This document shows, in pieces, positions 1-9,810 of a stretch of 64,000 nucleotides of DNA. Every line of letters begins with the position of its first letter. Positions within the stretch are counted from its first letter, which is position 1. Source of the stretch: Bacteroidota bacterium (GTDB lineage: Bacteria > Bacteroidota > Ignavibacteria > Ignavibacteriales > Ignavibacteriaceae); NCBI GenBank assembly GCA_021824565.1, contig JAKAKL010000054.1, forward strand, positions 94,061 through 158,060. The letters run 5' to 3'. The notes below the pieces were generated by a model. It did no database searches. It saw only the letters and a program-made list of their open reading frames with translations, and was not told where the DNA came from. The position numbers and the translations under genes were made by a program.

Positions 1-1489
1 CACCAGCTTCAGCTCTAACAACAGCCTGATCAAGTTCCTGGTTTTTATTGATGATCTCGCCTTGGATATTATTTCTCTTTATCACTGCACCGAGCATCGC
101 AGACATTGTGACCAAAAGTGATTCTTCATTTGAAGTCCAGATACGATCCGTCTTACATTCATCGAAGCCCACGAAACCCCAGTATCTCTCGTCGATCATT
201 ATCGGAACTAGTATTATTGATTTTATTTTACTGTCGATGAAGACGCTTTGGTATTCCGAAGGAAGATTTTTTATAATGAAGTTTAAGGATTTACCACGAG
301 AAAAATTATCATAAAACTTCAGCGATTCAAATCTTGAGTAAGAAAGTCTTTGAAATGCGGGATCTTCAATTTGCGCTTCAGCATCATCGGACGCCCATTC
401 GTACAAAAGGCTGATATACATTTCATCTGTTTCATCATTTATTTTGTGTTTAAAAATATAAACACGATCTACCTGCGCCGAGAGCCCGAGAATTTTTAAT
501 GCAGCGGGAAATCCTAAATTCGGATCGTTCACCGAGATCAAAGTTTTAGTTGCTTCGGCAATGCCTTGAAGCAAAGCATCCTTTTTTCTAAGAAGAGCTT
601 CGCTATTTTTCCTATCCGAAATGTCGCGGAAAATGCTGAGTAATAATTTTTTTTCCGATATGCCTTCTATAAACGAGTGGGAAATATCAAAATCAGCTCT
701 TTTGCCGTTCCATAGCAGCGGACTTTTTTCAAAGTTACTTTGAAAAGCGTTATTCTTAAACTTGAAGAGAAATTTTTTTAATTCTATTTCCTGGTTTTCT
801 TTAGTATAAGTCTTAGAAAATAACTCTCCTTCTATTTCAGTTTTAGGTTTGCCGATCATATTAGCGTATGCTTGATTGCACATAAAGACGATTCCTTTTT
901 CGTCTGTAAGGCGAAGACCGTCGCTGGCTTTTTCCCATACGTTTCTGAAAATGTTTTCCGAGGCTCTTAATTTTTCTTCTGACTTAAATCTTTCAGTCAA
1001 GTCATGGAGCGTTCCCTGACCGAAATATTTTCCGCCGTAATTAAATATCTTAGCGCTCAGTTCTATCGGAACAGGGCGACCATCCTTGCTAACAACGGAA
1101 AGGATTTCATTCTGAACTTTTTTAAATTTAAATAGTTTTGAAAGAACAGCAAGCGCCTTTTTTAATTCGTTCCTGGGGACAAAGCTTACAAAGGATTTAT
1201 CCAAAACTTCTTCCACTTCATAGCCAAAAATATCTTTGCAAGATTTGCTTATGAAAATAATTTTCCCCGTCTGCGATATACTGAAAATTACGTCAAGCGA
1301 GGCTTCAGAGATTAAGTCCCTTAAATCTGTATTTTCAGTTATTGTTAAAATATTATTTGAAAACTGTTCAACGAGACTTTTGTACTTTGGCGGAATAACT
1401 TTCTCGCTAAGTAATTTTGCAAGAAGCTTACCAAAACCGTCAAAATCTTGTTCAGATATATTCTCGTTATTTTCCTTGGATTTGTTCAA
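1..1489 (-). CDS. PAS-PAS-GAF sensor protein, N-terminal ~496 aa; the output domain lies beyond the left edge
   Basis: Absent from the ORF track because it has no stop in the window. My manual minus-strand translation is open from TTG at 1489-1487 to base 1. That TTG has an in-frame TAA immediately upstream and AGGAAG about 13 nt upstream. It reads LNKSKENNEN..., PAS-like segments ending GTLHDLTERFKSEE and LSIFRDISDRKNSE, then GAF-like VDRVYIFKH...ILVPIMIDERYWGFVGFDE. Confidence 0.8.
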   Translation of the reverse strand, partial: MNKSKENNENISEQDFDGFGKLLAKLLSEKVIPPKYKSLVEQFSNNILTITENTDLRDLISEASLDVIFSISQTGKIIFISKSCKDIFGYEVEEVLDKSFVSFVPRNELKKALAVLSKLFKFKKVQNEILSVVSKDGRPVPIELSAKIFNYGGKYFGQGTLHDLTERFKSEEKLRASENIFRNVWEKASDGLRLTDEKGIVFMCNQAYANMIGKPKTEIEGELFSKTYTKENQEIELKKFLFKFKNNAFQSNFEKSPLLWNGKRADFDISHSFIEGISEKKLLLSIFRDISDRKNSEALLRKKDALLQGIAEATKTLISVNDPNLGFPAALKILGLSAQVDRVYIFKHKINDETDEMYISLLYEWASDDAEAQIEDPAFQRLSYSRFESLKFYDNFSRGKSLNFIIKNLPSEYQSVFIDSKIKSIILVPIMIDERYWGFVGFDECKTDRIWTSNEESLLVTMSAMLGAVIKRNNIQGEIINKNQELDQAVVRAEAG

Positions 1490-1688
1490 TTAAAAATTTT
1501 ACTTCCTAAATAAGAGCAATGCTCATTTTAAAATAAAAAAGGGATATAAATTCTAAAAAAAAAATTTTGAGGTTTTAATTTATGAAAATTGAGTGAAAAT
1601 ACAATGCAAAGTTTTTTTGGAATGATTAAAATTATTGCCTAAGTTTCTTGTGAAAAATTATTTATTCATTATTGAGGGGACACTCATT

Positions 1689-2864
1689 ATGAAAACAATT
1701 GTAACAATGCCCGGAGACGGCATTGGAAAAACGGTTTTACCTGAAGCCGTAAAAGTTTTAACTGCAGCCGGATTTGTAGCCGAATATATTCACGCTGATA
1801 TTGGCTGGGATTTCTGGTGTAATGAAGGCAATGCACTTCCGCAAAGAACAATCGATTTATTAAAAGAACACAAAATTGGATTGTTCGGCGCAATTACAAG
1901 CAAACCTAAGGACGCGGCGGAAAAAGAATTGGACCCGTCGCTGCAGAATAAAGGATATGTTTATTTTAGCCCGATCGTAAGTTTAAGACAACTTTTTAAT
2001 CTTGATATCTGCATTCGCCCGTGTAAATCTTTTAAAGGGAATCCTTTAAATTTTATCAGAAGAAAGGATAATGATTTCGAAGAACCTCCTGTTAACGCAG
2101 TTATCTTCAGACAGAATACAGAAGGTTTATATGCCGGTGTTGAATGGACTAATCCGCCAAAAGCTGTTCGAGATGCTTTTGAAACGCATCCTAAAATGAA
2201 AGCGTTTAAAAATATTCCCAGCGAAGATCTTGCAATCTCATCAAGAATAGTCTCAAGAAATGCATGCCGGAGAATTATCAGAGAAGCTTTTGAATATGCA
2301 ACCAAGTTCGGTTATACAAATGTTACTATTTGTGAAAAGCCAAATGTTCTGAGAGAAACTTCGGGAATGATGTTCAAGGAAGGAAAAATTATTGCAAAAG
2401 AATATCCGGGCATCCAACTTTGGGATACGAATATAGATGCACAAATGATGTGGCTGACTAAGAATCCTGAAATTTACGGAGTGATAGTTGCCGAAAATAT
2501 GTTCGGCGATATTATAAGCGATGGGTTTGCAGGTCTTGTCGGCGGGCTTGGATTCGCATGCAGCGCTAATATTGGAAGCGAAGTTTCAATATTCGAACCA
2601 ACTCACGGTTCTGCGCCGAAATACCAGGAATTAAATCCGCCAATCGTTAATCCGATCGCGATGATTTTAAGCGCTTGTATGATGCTCGACCACATTGGAG
2701 AAAACGAAAAAGCGGAAAATATTAGAAATGCAATTGCTAAAGTCGTTGAAGAAGGAAAAGTAAAAACATATGATATGCTTAAGCTGAAAGGCGGTCCGGA
2801 TGTTTTTAGGCAAGGCGCCGCTTCAACATATCAGTTGACTGACGAGATCATAAGAAACTTGTAA
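1689..2864 (+). CDS. Beta-decarboxylating dehydrogenase of the isocitrate/homoisocitrate/isopropylmalate dehydrogenase family
   Basis: Motifs MPGDGIGK, SLRQLFNLDICIRP, RQNTEGLYAG, NMFGDIISDGFAGLVGGLG, FEPTHGSAPKY. I start it at ATG 1689 (GAGGGGA 8 nt upstream) rather than the track start at 1635. Substrate is not assignable by eye. Confidence 0.85.
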   Translation: MKTIVTMPGDGIGKTVLPEAVKVLTAAGFVAEYIHADIGWDFWCNEGNALPQRTIDLLKEHKIGLFGAITSKPKDAAEKELDPSLQNKGYVYFSPIVSLRQLFNLDICIRPCKSFKGNPLNFIRRKDNDFEEPPVNAVIFRQNTEGLYAGVEWTNPPKAVRDAFETHPKMKAFKNIPSEDLAISSRIVSRNACRRIIREAFEYATKFGYTNVTICEKPNVLRETSGMMFKEGKIIAKEYPGIQLWDTNIDAQMMWLTKNPEIYGVIVAENMFGDIISDGFAGLVGGLGFACSANIGSEVSIFEPTHGSAPKYQELNPPIVNPIAMILSACMMLDHIGENEKAENIRNAIAKVVEEGKVKTYDMLKLKGGPDVFRQGAASTYQLTDEIIRNL

Positions 2865-2952
2865 AAAATAATTCATCGGGAGAAGAAATAGATACAAAAT
2901 AAATATTTGCTTCTCCCATCTTTCGTCCATTTAATAACTTCAAGAAAGTAAA

Positions 2953-3489
2953 ATGATGAAAGCTAAAGTGCTCGAAATATGGCCGGAAATAAATTGGATT
3001 CAGAATTCTGATCTTAGAGAAAAAGTTATCAGCTGCTGGATTTATGCTATTGAAAATAGCCCTCTTACTATTGAAGATTTACTAACTGTTCCCTTTTCAC
3101 TTCTGATTAAAGATTGTAAAATTTCTTTCATTACACACAAAAGAACGGCGGTTCAATTATCTGTCGAGATGGCAAAAATTATGAAAAATAATTTTGGCGA
3201 CGAAATAAAGATTGATATGGATACTCTGATCGCCGGCGCTGTTTTAATTGATGTCGGAAAACTTTTAGAATATGAAATAAAAGATGGCAAACTTAAAACA
3301 AGCGAAGCCGGTAAATTAGTTCGTCATCCATTCAGTGGCTTAGCAATAGCAGATAGATTTAATCTTCCTGCAGAAGTTCAGCATATAATTGCCGCACATT
3401 CAAAAGAAGGAGATTTAGGAAAACGAACAGTTGAAGCAATTATTGTTCATCATGCAGATTTTGTAAGCTTTGATCCATTTAAAGGATAA
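2953..3489 (+). CDS. HD-domain-like protein with an atypical ID in place of the HD doublet
   Basis: The layout H...(L)IDVGK...RHPFSG...AAHSKEGD...VHHADF matches the HD phosphohydrolase order, but the canonical LHDxGK reads LIDVGK. Confidence 0.6.
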   Translation: MMKAKVLEIWPEINWIQNSDLREKVISCWIYAIENSPLTIEDLLTVPFSLLIKDCKISFITHKRTAVQLSVEMAKIMKNNFGDEIKIDMDTLIAGAVLIDVGKLLEYEIKDGKLKTSEAGKLVRHPFSGLAIADRFNLPAEVQHIIAAHSKEGDLGKRTVEAIIVHHADFVSFDPFKG

Positions 3490-3529
3490 TTATTTTTAAA
3501 TAGGGATTCATAATAACTGGAGATAAATT

Positions 3530-5497
3530 ATGTCACAAACATTTATAGAAAAGATTGCACAGCGATACGCTGTTGGTCTAGATCAAAATCATGAAGTTCA
3601 CAGTGGAGATTATTTAACAATAAAACCTGCCTACGTAATGACTCACGATAATACTGGCGCAGTAATTCCGAAATTTAAAAGCATTGGTGCTAAAAAATTA
3701 TCAAATCCGCGACAAGTTGTTAATACTCTCGATCATAACGTCCAAGATAAAAGCGAAAAGAATTTAGAGAAGTATAAAAAGATAGAAGAATTTGCCAAAT
3801 CAATGGGCGCTGATTTTTATCCGGCCGGACGAGGCATAGGACATCAGATAATGTGCGAAGAAGGTTACGCCTTTCCAGGAACTATGGTCGTCGCTTCCGA
3901 CAGCCATTCAAACATGTACGGCGGATTAGGATGCTTAGGCACTCCGATTGTTAGAACTGATGCCGCGGCAATTTGGGCAACCGGAAGAACCTGGTGGCAA
4001 ATTCCGCCGATTGCAAAAGTTGAAATGAAGGGAAAGCTTCGTTCAGGGGTTACTGGTAAAGATTTAATAATTGCCTTATGCGGTTATTTTAACAATGATG
4101 AAGTTTTAAATCATGCAATTGAATTTACCGGAGATGGAGTCAAAAATCTTTCAATCGATGAAAGACTGACAGTTGCAAATATGTCTACAGAATGGGGAGC
4201 GCTTGCCGGCGTTTTTCCAATCGATGAAGTTACAATAAATTGGTTGAAAGAAAGAGCAGAAAAAATTTCCAAACGCGGATTGGCTGGCGTTCCATCGGAT
4301 TCTGACGGAAAAGGTATTCATCCGAGATTAAACTTGAAGCGAATAAATAAAATAGGACAAAAGATGTGCAAAGCTGATGAAGGAGCTTACTACGCAAAAG
4401 AAATTATAATTGATCTTTCATCTGTTCAGCCTTTTGTTTCAGGACCAAATACAGTAAAAACAATCTCTTCTCTTTCGGAAATAAAATCTAAGGATATAAG
4501 AATTAATAAAGCCTATCTGGTTTCATGTGTAAACAGCAGAGTTAATGATTTAGCCGATGCAGCTTCAATTGTTCGAGGAAAGAAAGTTGCAGAAGGAGTA
4601 AAATTTTATATCGCTGCAGCTTCAAATGAAGTTCAAGCAGAAAGTGAAAAGAGAGGCGATTGGCAAGCATTAATTTATGCGGGTGCAATTCCTCTTCCCT
4701 CAGGTTGCGGTCCTTGTATTGGTTTGGGAACCGGATTACTTGAAGACGGCGAGGTTGGAATTTCAGCAACGAATAGAAATTTCAAAGGAAGAATCGGCTC
4801 ACCGAATGCACAAGCATATTTAGCTTCTCCTGCTGTTGTTGCTGCTTCTGCAATCGCTGGTAAAATTGATTACTCATGGGAATACTGTCCTGGAAATATT
4901 TATGCCGACATTAGGACAAACAAAAAAACTAATGGTAAAGTTTCCAAAGTTGAAATCATAAATGGATTTCCAAAAACAATTGAAGGAGAATTAATTTTTT
5001 GTCATCAGGATAATTTAAACACCGATGGAATTTATCCAGGTAAGTACACTTATATTGATGATTATTCACCTGAACAGCAAGCCAAAGTAGTTATGGAAAA
5101 TTACGATCCGGAATTTGTTAGGATTGCTAATGAAGGTGATATTCTTGCAAGCGGATTTAATTTTGGAACCGGAAGTTCCCGCGAACAAGCTGCCACTGCA
5201 TTGAAGTTTAAAGGAATCAAACTTGTCATCGCTGGTTCATTTAACGAAACATATAAAAGAAACGCATTGAACAATGGATTTCTTTTAATAGAATGTCCGG
5301 CTTTAGTCACCGATTTGAAAATGAAATTCGGTAAAGAAAAATTAACAGTTAAAACCGAAATGAAAGCTTCCATCGATTTCATAAATTCAAAAATTACATT
5401 AAACAAAAAAGAATATAACATTGATCCGGTTGGACAAGCTGCTCAGGAGTTAATTGTAAAGGGCGGTTTAGAAAATTGGGTTCGCGATAATCTTTAA
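3530..5497 (+). CDS. Fused large+small-subunit aconitase-family hydro-lyase, homoaconitase-like
   Basis: ASDSHSNMYGGLG, GCGPCIGLG and ATNRNFKGR are Fe-S cluster/aconitase motifs. The C-terminal swivel-domain motif is GFNFGTGSSREQAA. The N-terminus THDNTGAV...LDHNVQDKSEKNL...YPAGRGIGHQIM resembles LYS4-type homoaconitases as I remember them. GGAG lies 9 nt upstream of the ATG. Confidence 0.85.
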   Translation: MSQTFIEKIAQRYAVGLDQNHEVHSGDYLTIKPAYVMTHDNTGAVIPKFKSIGAKKLSNPRQVVNTLDHNVQDKSEKNLEKYKKIEEFAKSMGADFYPAGRGIGHQIMCEEGYAFPGTMVVASDSHSNMYGGLGCLGTPIVRTDAAAIWATGRTWWQIPPIAKVEMKGKLRSGVTGKDLIIALCGYFNNDEVLNHAIEFTGDGVKNLSIDERLTVANMSTEWGALAGVFPIDEVTINWLKERAEKISKRGLAGVPSDSDGKGIHPRLNLKRINKIGQKMCKADEGAYYAKEIIIDLSSVQPFVSGPNTVKTISSLSEIKSKDIRINKAYLVSCVNSRVNDLADAASIVRGKKVAEGVKFYIAAASNEVQAESEKRGDWQALIYAGAIPLPSGCGPCIGLGTGLLEDGEVGISATNRNFKGRIGSPNAQAYLASPAVVAASAIAGKIDYSWEYCPGNIYADIRTNKKTNGKVSKVEIINGFPKTIEGELIFCHQDNLNTDGIYPGKYTYIDDYSPEQQAKVVMENYDPEFVRIANEGDILASGFNFGTGSSREQAATALKFKGIKLVIAGSFNETYKRNALNNGFLLIECPALVTDLKMKFGKEKLTVKTEMKASIDFINSKITLNKKEYNIDPVGQAAQELIVKGGLENWVRDNL

Positions 5498-5514
5498 CAT
5501 TTAGAAAATTAATT

Positions 5515-6948
5515 ATGGAAAAATCAATCTCACGTCAAATCTCAGAATTCGCAGTTAATCTTAAATACAAAGATTTGCCCGCGGAAGTAATTAACGAAGT
5601 AAAAAGATATTTGTATGATTCAATCGGCTGCGCCTTCGGCGGCTATCATACAAAGGACGTAAATATTCTTCGAGACATTTATAAAAAAATGCGCGGCAGT
5701 AAAGAAGCAACAATAATCGGATTTGGCGACAAATTGCCGGCGGTTAATGTTTCGCTTGTAAATTCTTTGATGATACGAGCTCTCGATTTCAATGATATTT
5801 ATTGGAAAGAAGATCCGTCGCATCCATCGGATTTAATTCCGGCAGCACTTGCTGTCGGCGAGCTAGTCGATGCTTCGATGAAAGATGTAATTACCGCAAT
5901 TGTTCTTGCTTATGAATTTGAGCAGCGTCTTTGCGAATTTGCTGTTCCCGGAATTCGCGAAAGGAAATGGCACCACGCAGCTTTAACTCAATTTGTTTCT
6001 CCGATTGTTGCCGGAAAACTTTTGGGATTAACAGTTGATCAAATGGTAAATGCAATTGGAATAAACGGAAGCCACAATCATACAATTGGATGTCCGACTG
6101 CAGGCAAATTAACAATGATGAAAAACACTGTTGATCCGATGGCCGTTCAATCCGGCGTGTTTGCTGCGTTGATGGCAAAACAAGGTTTCACCGGAACAGA
6201 AAAAGTTTTCGAAGGGAAAGAAGGATTTATGGATTGTTTCTTCGGCTGGGACGCAAAAGAAGAGAAACTAAATCCTGTAAATATGCAAGGCAGAGATTCT
6301 CTTGGCGAATGGAAATGGGATCTAGAAAAATTAATTGGCAACCTTGGAAAGAATTATAAAATTCTTGAATGCGGAATGAAAGCATTTCCAACTGAAGCTT
6401 TAACGCATACACATATTTCTGCTACTTTAAAAGTTGTTACAAAAAATAATATTCAGTACGATCAAATTGATTCTGTTACCGTTACGACAATTGCTCGCGC
6501 TTGCGACATTCTTTTCGATCCGCATAAATACAGACCGGAATCTAGAGAAACTGCTGATCATTCACTTCCCTACTGCATTGCTTCTGCTTTAGTTGATCAT
6601 AAAATCACGACTCAATCTTTTTCGGAAGAGAAAATGAAAGATTTAAGAATCTGGGAAGTGATCGACAAAATAAAAGGCGAAGCATCAACAGAATTTGAAA
6701 AGATGTTTCCGGCAAAACAGCCATCGAAGGTTGTTATCAAAACTAAAGACGGAAAAGAATTTTCCGAATATCTTGAATATCCAAAAGGCGATCCGCGTGA
6801 GCCGATGACAGAAGAAGATCTTGATAATAAATTTAACTCGTTGTCTGATTCATTGTTGACAAAAGCAAAACAAAAAAACATCAAGCAGATGATATTTAGT
6901 TGTGAAAAGAAAAAGACAAAAGATTTTATGGAAAAATTAATTGTTTAA
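5515..6948 (+). CDS. MmgE/PrpD-family dehydratase (2-methylcitrate dehydratase-like)
   Basis: 477 aa with the typical PrpD N-terminus ISEFAVNLKYKDLPAEVINEVKRYLYDSIGCAFGG and a family-typical length. Confidence 0.8.
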   Translation: MEKSISRQISEFAVNLKYKDLPAEVINEVKRYLYDSIGCAFGGYHTKDVNILRDIYKKMRGSKEATIIGFGDKLPAVNVSLVNSLMIRALDFNDIYWKEDPSHPSDLIPAALAVGELVDASMKDVITAIVLAYEFEQRLCEFAVPGIRERKWHHAALTQFVSPIVAGKLLGLTVDQMVNAIGINGSHNHTIGCPTAGKLTMMKNTVDPMAVQSGVFAALMAKQGFTGTEKVFEGKEGFMDCFFGWDAKEEKLNPVNMQGRDSLGEWKWDLEKLIGNLGKNYKILECGMKAFPTEALTHTHISATLKVVTKNNIQYDQIDSVTVTTIARACDILFDPHKYRPESRETADHSLPYCIASALVDHKITTQSFSEEKMKDLRIWEVIDKIKGEASTEFEKMFPAKQPSKVVIKTKDGKEFSEYLEYPKGDPREPMTEEDLDNKFNSLSDSLLTKAKQKNIKQMIFSCEKKKTKDFMEKLIV

Positions 6949-6992
6949 TTGCTTTATTGTTAGACTGGTTCAGCAATTAAAAAGAAAGAATT

Positions 6993-8192
6993 ATGAAAAA
7001 TATTTTAACTAAATCCACCGCTGGTAAAAGAGGAGACAACGTCCGCTCAGATTGTTATTTCGAAATTGAGCTAACAAACTCAGCGGGAATAAAATTAGAC
7101 ATTAAAAGCAAAGTCGCTTCGATGTATGGTGATTCAATCAAGAAGCAGCTAAATGAAATGTGCAAATTCTTCGGAATAAAAAATGCAAATATTCTACTCG
7201 AAGATAACGGCGCACTTCCATTTGTTATGGCTGCAAGATTTGAATTAGTTGTTAAAAGATTGTTTCCAGATTTGAACAAACAATTTTTTTTACCGGTTAA
7301 TAAAAATAATTTAACCAGCACTACAAAAGAACGTCTTCGTAGAAGTAGGTTATATCTTCCAGGAAATGAATCAAAATTTTTTATGAACGCCGGACTTCAT
7401 AAACCGGACGGAATTATTTTAGATTTGGAAGACAGTGTTGCCTATTCTGAAAAAGAAGCGGCACAACTACTTGTTCGAAATGCATTGAGAAGCGTGGATT
7501 TCTACGGAGTTGAAAGAATGGTCAGAATTAACCAACTTCCGCGCGGACTTGAAGATTTAAAATTTATTGTTCCGCATAATGTTCATGTAATTTTAATTCC
7601 CAAGTGCGAATCACCCAATCAAGTAATTGAAGTTGAAAATGAAGTCAATCGGTTGAAAGAAGAAAATCATGTCGAGCACGAAATTTATTTCATGCCGATA
7701 ATCGAAAGTGCTCTAGGAATAATCAAAGCTTATGAAATTGCATCTGCTTCAAAAAATAATTGTGCGCTTACAATTGGACTTGAAGATTACACTGCTGATC
7801 TTGGCACGCAGCGAACAATTGAAGGAAAAGAAAGTTTCTATGCCAGATCCATAATTGTTAATGCTGCTAAAGCTGCGGGCATTCAAGCTATCGACACAGT
7901 ATTTTCTGATGTCGCTGATATGGAAGGTTTGAAGCAAAGTGTAATCGAAGCAAAGTCATTAGGATTCGAAGGCAAAGGTTGTATTCATCCAAGGCAAGTT
8001 CCAGTTGTCCATGAAGGTTTCGCTCCAACTTCAGAAGAAATAGAAAAAGCTAAGAAAATTGTTTTGTCATTTGAAGAAGCTGAGAAAAAAGGAATTGGAG
8101 TTGTTTCGCTCGGCAGTAAAATGATTGATGCGCCAGTTGTTAAACGTGCGCAAAAAACTATTCAATTGGCTATTCTAAATGATAAGGCATAA
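6993..8192 (+). CDS. citE: Citrate-lyase gamma (acyl-carrier, CitD-like) fused to beta (CitE, citryl-CoA lyase-like) subunit
   Basis: The N-terminal ~95 aa (TKSTAGKRGDNVRSDCYFEIEL...DNGALPFVMAARFELVVKRL) resemble CitD. The rest has CitE/HpcH motifs LYLPGNESKFF, DGIILDLEDSV, IIESALGI, GLEDYTADLG, KGCIHPRQV. Confidence 0.75.
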   Translation: MKNILTKSTAGKRGDNVRSDCYFEIELTNSAGIKLDIKSKVASMYGDSIKKQLNEMCKFFGIKNANILLEDNGALPFVMAARFELVVKRLFPDLNKQFFLPVNKNNLTSTTKERLRRSRLYLPGNESKFFMNAGLHKPDGIILDLEDSVAYSEKEAAQLLVRNALRSVDFYGVERMVRINQLPRGLEDLKFIVPHNVHVILIPKCESPNQVIEVENEVNRLKEENHVEHEIYFMPIIESALGIIKAYEIASASKNNCALTIGLEDYTADLGTQRTIEGKESFYARSIIVNAAKAAGIQAIDTVFSDVADMEGLKQSVIEAKSLGFEGKGCIHPRQVPVVHEGFAPTSEEIEKAKKIVLSFEEAEKKGIGVVSLGSKMIDAPVVKRAQKTIQLAILNDKA

Positions 8193-8213
8193 AGAGAATT
8201 GGGAAATTATTCA

Positions 8214-9791
8214 ATGATAAATAAGAAAAGAGATAATCGTTTTTTTTATTTCTCTCTTATTCTAATTGCCATGAGTGTGTATATGGTATTCTCACATGGT
8301 TTGAAGAATGCCGTTGCTTTTTCCGTAATAGACGATGGTATGTATTACCCCAAAATAGCAGTAAACTTTTGGCAGTCTTATAAAATAACTTACGACAGTG
8401 TAACTATTACCAACGGTTTTCATCCACTATGGCTTTTAATTAATCTGCCAATTTATTTTATATTAAAGAACCCGCTGACCGCGCTATGGGGAACATACTT
8501 TTTAATATTTATACTGCTTGAATTCTCACTATGGTTCTTTTGCCGAATTAGTAGAGAGCTGAATGTATCAGTTGCCGGAAGTATTGTTGCTGCAATAATT
8601 ATATTTTTCAATCTTCGTTCTTTTACAATCTTTTATTCTTTGCTGGAAGCCCCTCTTGTTTTGTTTGTATACCTCATCTACATATTCTATATGATAAAAG
8701 ATAAAAATAAAAGATTTTCTTCTCCAAAATCATCTTTTATATCAGGATTATTAATCGGTATAGGATTTCTTGCCAGAACGGATACAGTCTTTTTAGCTCT
8801 ATCTTTTATGACGATTTTCATTTATAAAAGTATCAAATATAAAATCGGGATGAAGACTTTTTTTAGTACAGGTTTGTCAGCCTGCTTCGGGTTTATTATT
8901 CCGGCACTTCCATATATGATTGCTAATAAGATATTCATGAGAAGTTTTGGACAAGTTTCTGCAGCGCATAAAATTAATATGTTTTCTTTTTCTTCAATTA
9001 AAATTGCGATACAGGATTTTTACGACTATCTTTTACCAAGATTAGTCTACCTGCTGGGTTTGAAAACAGGTTCTTTCTTCTTGATACAGATAATTGTCGT
9101 GTTTATTATTTGTGCGATTCTATATGTGATTATCTATTTTAAGCTGTACAAGAAAATCTCTCCCCTTTTATCCGGTTTGCAGGAGTTTGTTCTATTCGCA
9201 GCTATTCATTTCACTTTTGTTTTTCTTTTTACACCTGATCAGTTCTTTAAATCGTCGTGGTATTATGTATCGGAATTATTACTTCTAGGGATTTTGATTG
9301 GAATAATTATACCGGAAACTAAAAAATTAAAAATTGCAGCAGCATCAATATTTATTTTGATAATTTCTTTGCAGGTTTTGTACTATCCTTATTACCTGAG
9401 AAAAAAGACAATGACTTTTGCAAAGATTGAAGTTGCAGACTTCATAAAAAATAATATACCTGGCAATGCCGTTCTTGCAATGTATGATTCGGGAATAGTT
9501 TCTTATTTTTCACAAAGAAATTTTATTTCATTAAACGGGTTGATCGGCGATTTTGGTATATCTGAACTTTGTAATAAACAAGAATATGAAAAGTTAGCAC
9601 AAAAATATCACGTAAATTATCTGGTCATCGATATTATACCTGGAAGCAATAAATTGTATAAAGGGAATGAGCTATTCGTTGGGAAAATTAAAACTAAATT
9701 TATGAATTTCAGTGAACCACAAAAGGTTTTTGCAGTCTTTCAAGTTACACCAGACCAACTTCAAACAAATATTAGTTTAAGAAATAAATAA
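8214..9791 (+). CDS. Polytopic membrane protein (~12 TM plus a ~130-aa C-terminal soluble domain), GT-C glycosyltransferase-like architecture
   Basis: About 12 hydrophobic segments. The first loop reads VIDDGMYYPKIAVN...TNGFHPLW. ATG 8214 is preferred over the track TTG at 8199. It lies 22 nt after citDE and 19 nt before citF. Function is unknown. Confidence 0.55.
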   Translation: MINKKRDNRFFYFSLILIAMSVYMVFSHGLKNAVAFSVIDDGMYYPKIAVNFWQSYKITYDSVTITNGFHPLWLLINLPIYFILKNPLTALWGTYFLIFILLEFSLWFFCRISRELNVSVAGSIVAAIIIFFNLRSFTIFYSLLEAPLVLFVYLIYIFYMIKDKNKRFSSPKSSFISGLLIGIGFLARTDTVFLALSFMTIFIYKSIKYKIGMKTFFSTGLSACFGFIIPALPYMIANKIFMRSFGQVSAAHKINMFSFSSIKIAIQDFYDYLLPRLVYLLGLKTGSFFLIQIIVVFIICAILYVIIYFKLYKKISPLLSGLQEFVLFAAIHFTFVFLFTPDQFFKSSWYYVSELLLLGILIGIIIPETKKLKIAAASIFILIISLQVLYYPYYLRKKTMTFAKIEVADFIKNNIPGNAVLAMYDSGIVSYFSQRNFISLNGLIGDFGISELCNKQEYEKLAQKYHVNYLVIDIIPGSNKLYKGNELFVGKIKTKFMNFSEPQKVFAVFQVTPDQLQTNISLRNK

Positions 9792-9810
9792 AAACAATAC
9801 GAAGGATTTA

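Noticed and set aside
48-1493. Plus-strand track ORFs 48-314 and 1236-1493
   Set aside because: They are antisense shadows of the long minus-strand PAS/GAF gene, which has clear domain motifs.
2878-2927. Hairpin GGGAGAAG...CTTCTCCC after the dehydrogenase gene as a terminator
   Set aside because: The loop is ~24-34 nt with no T-run, and the downstream genes look co-transcribed. It is too weak to call.
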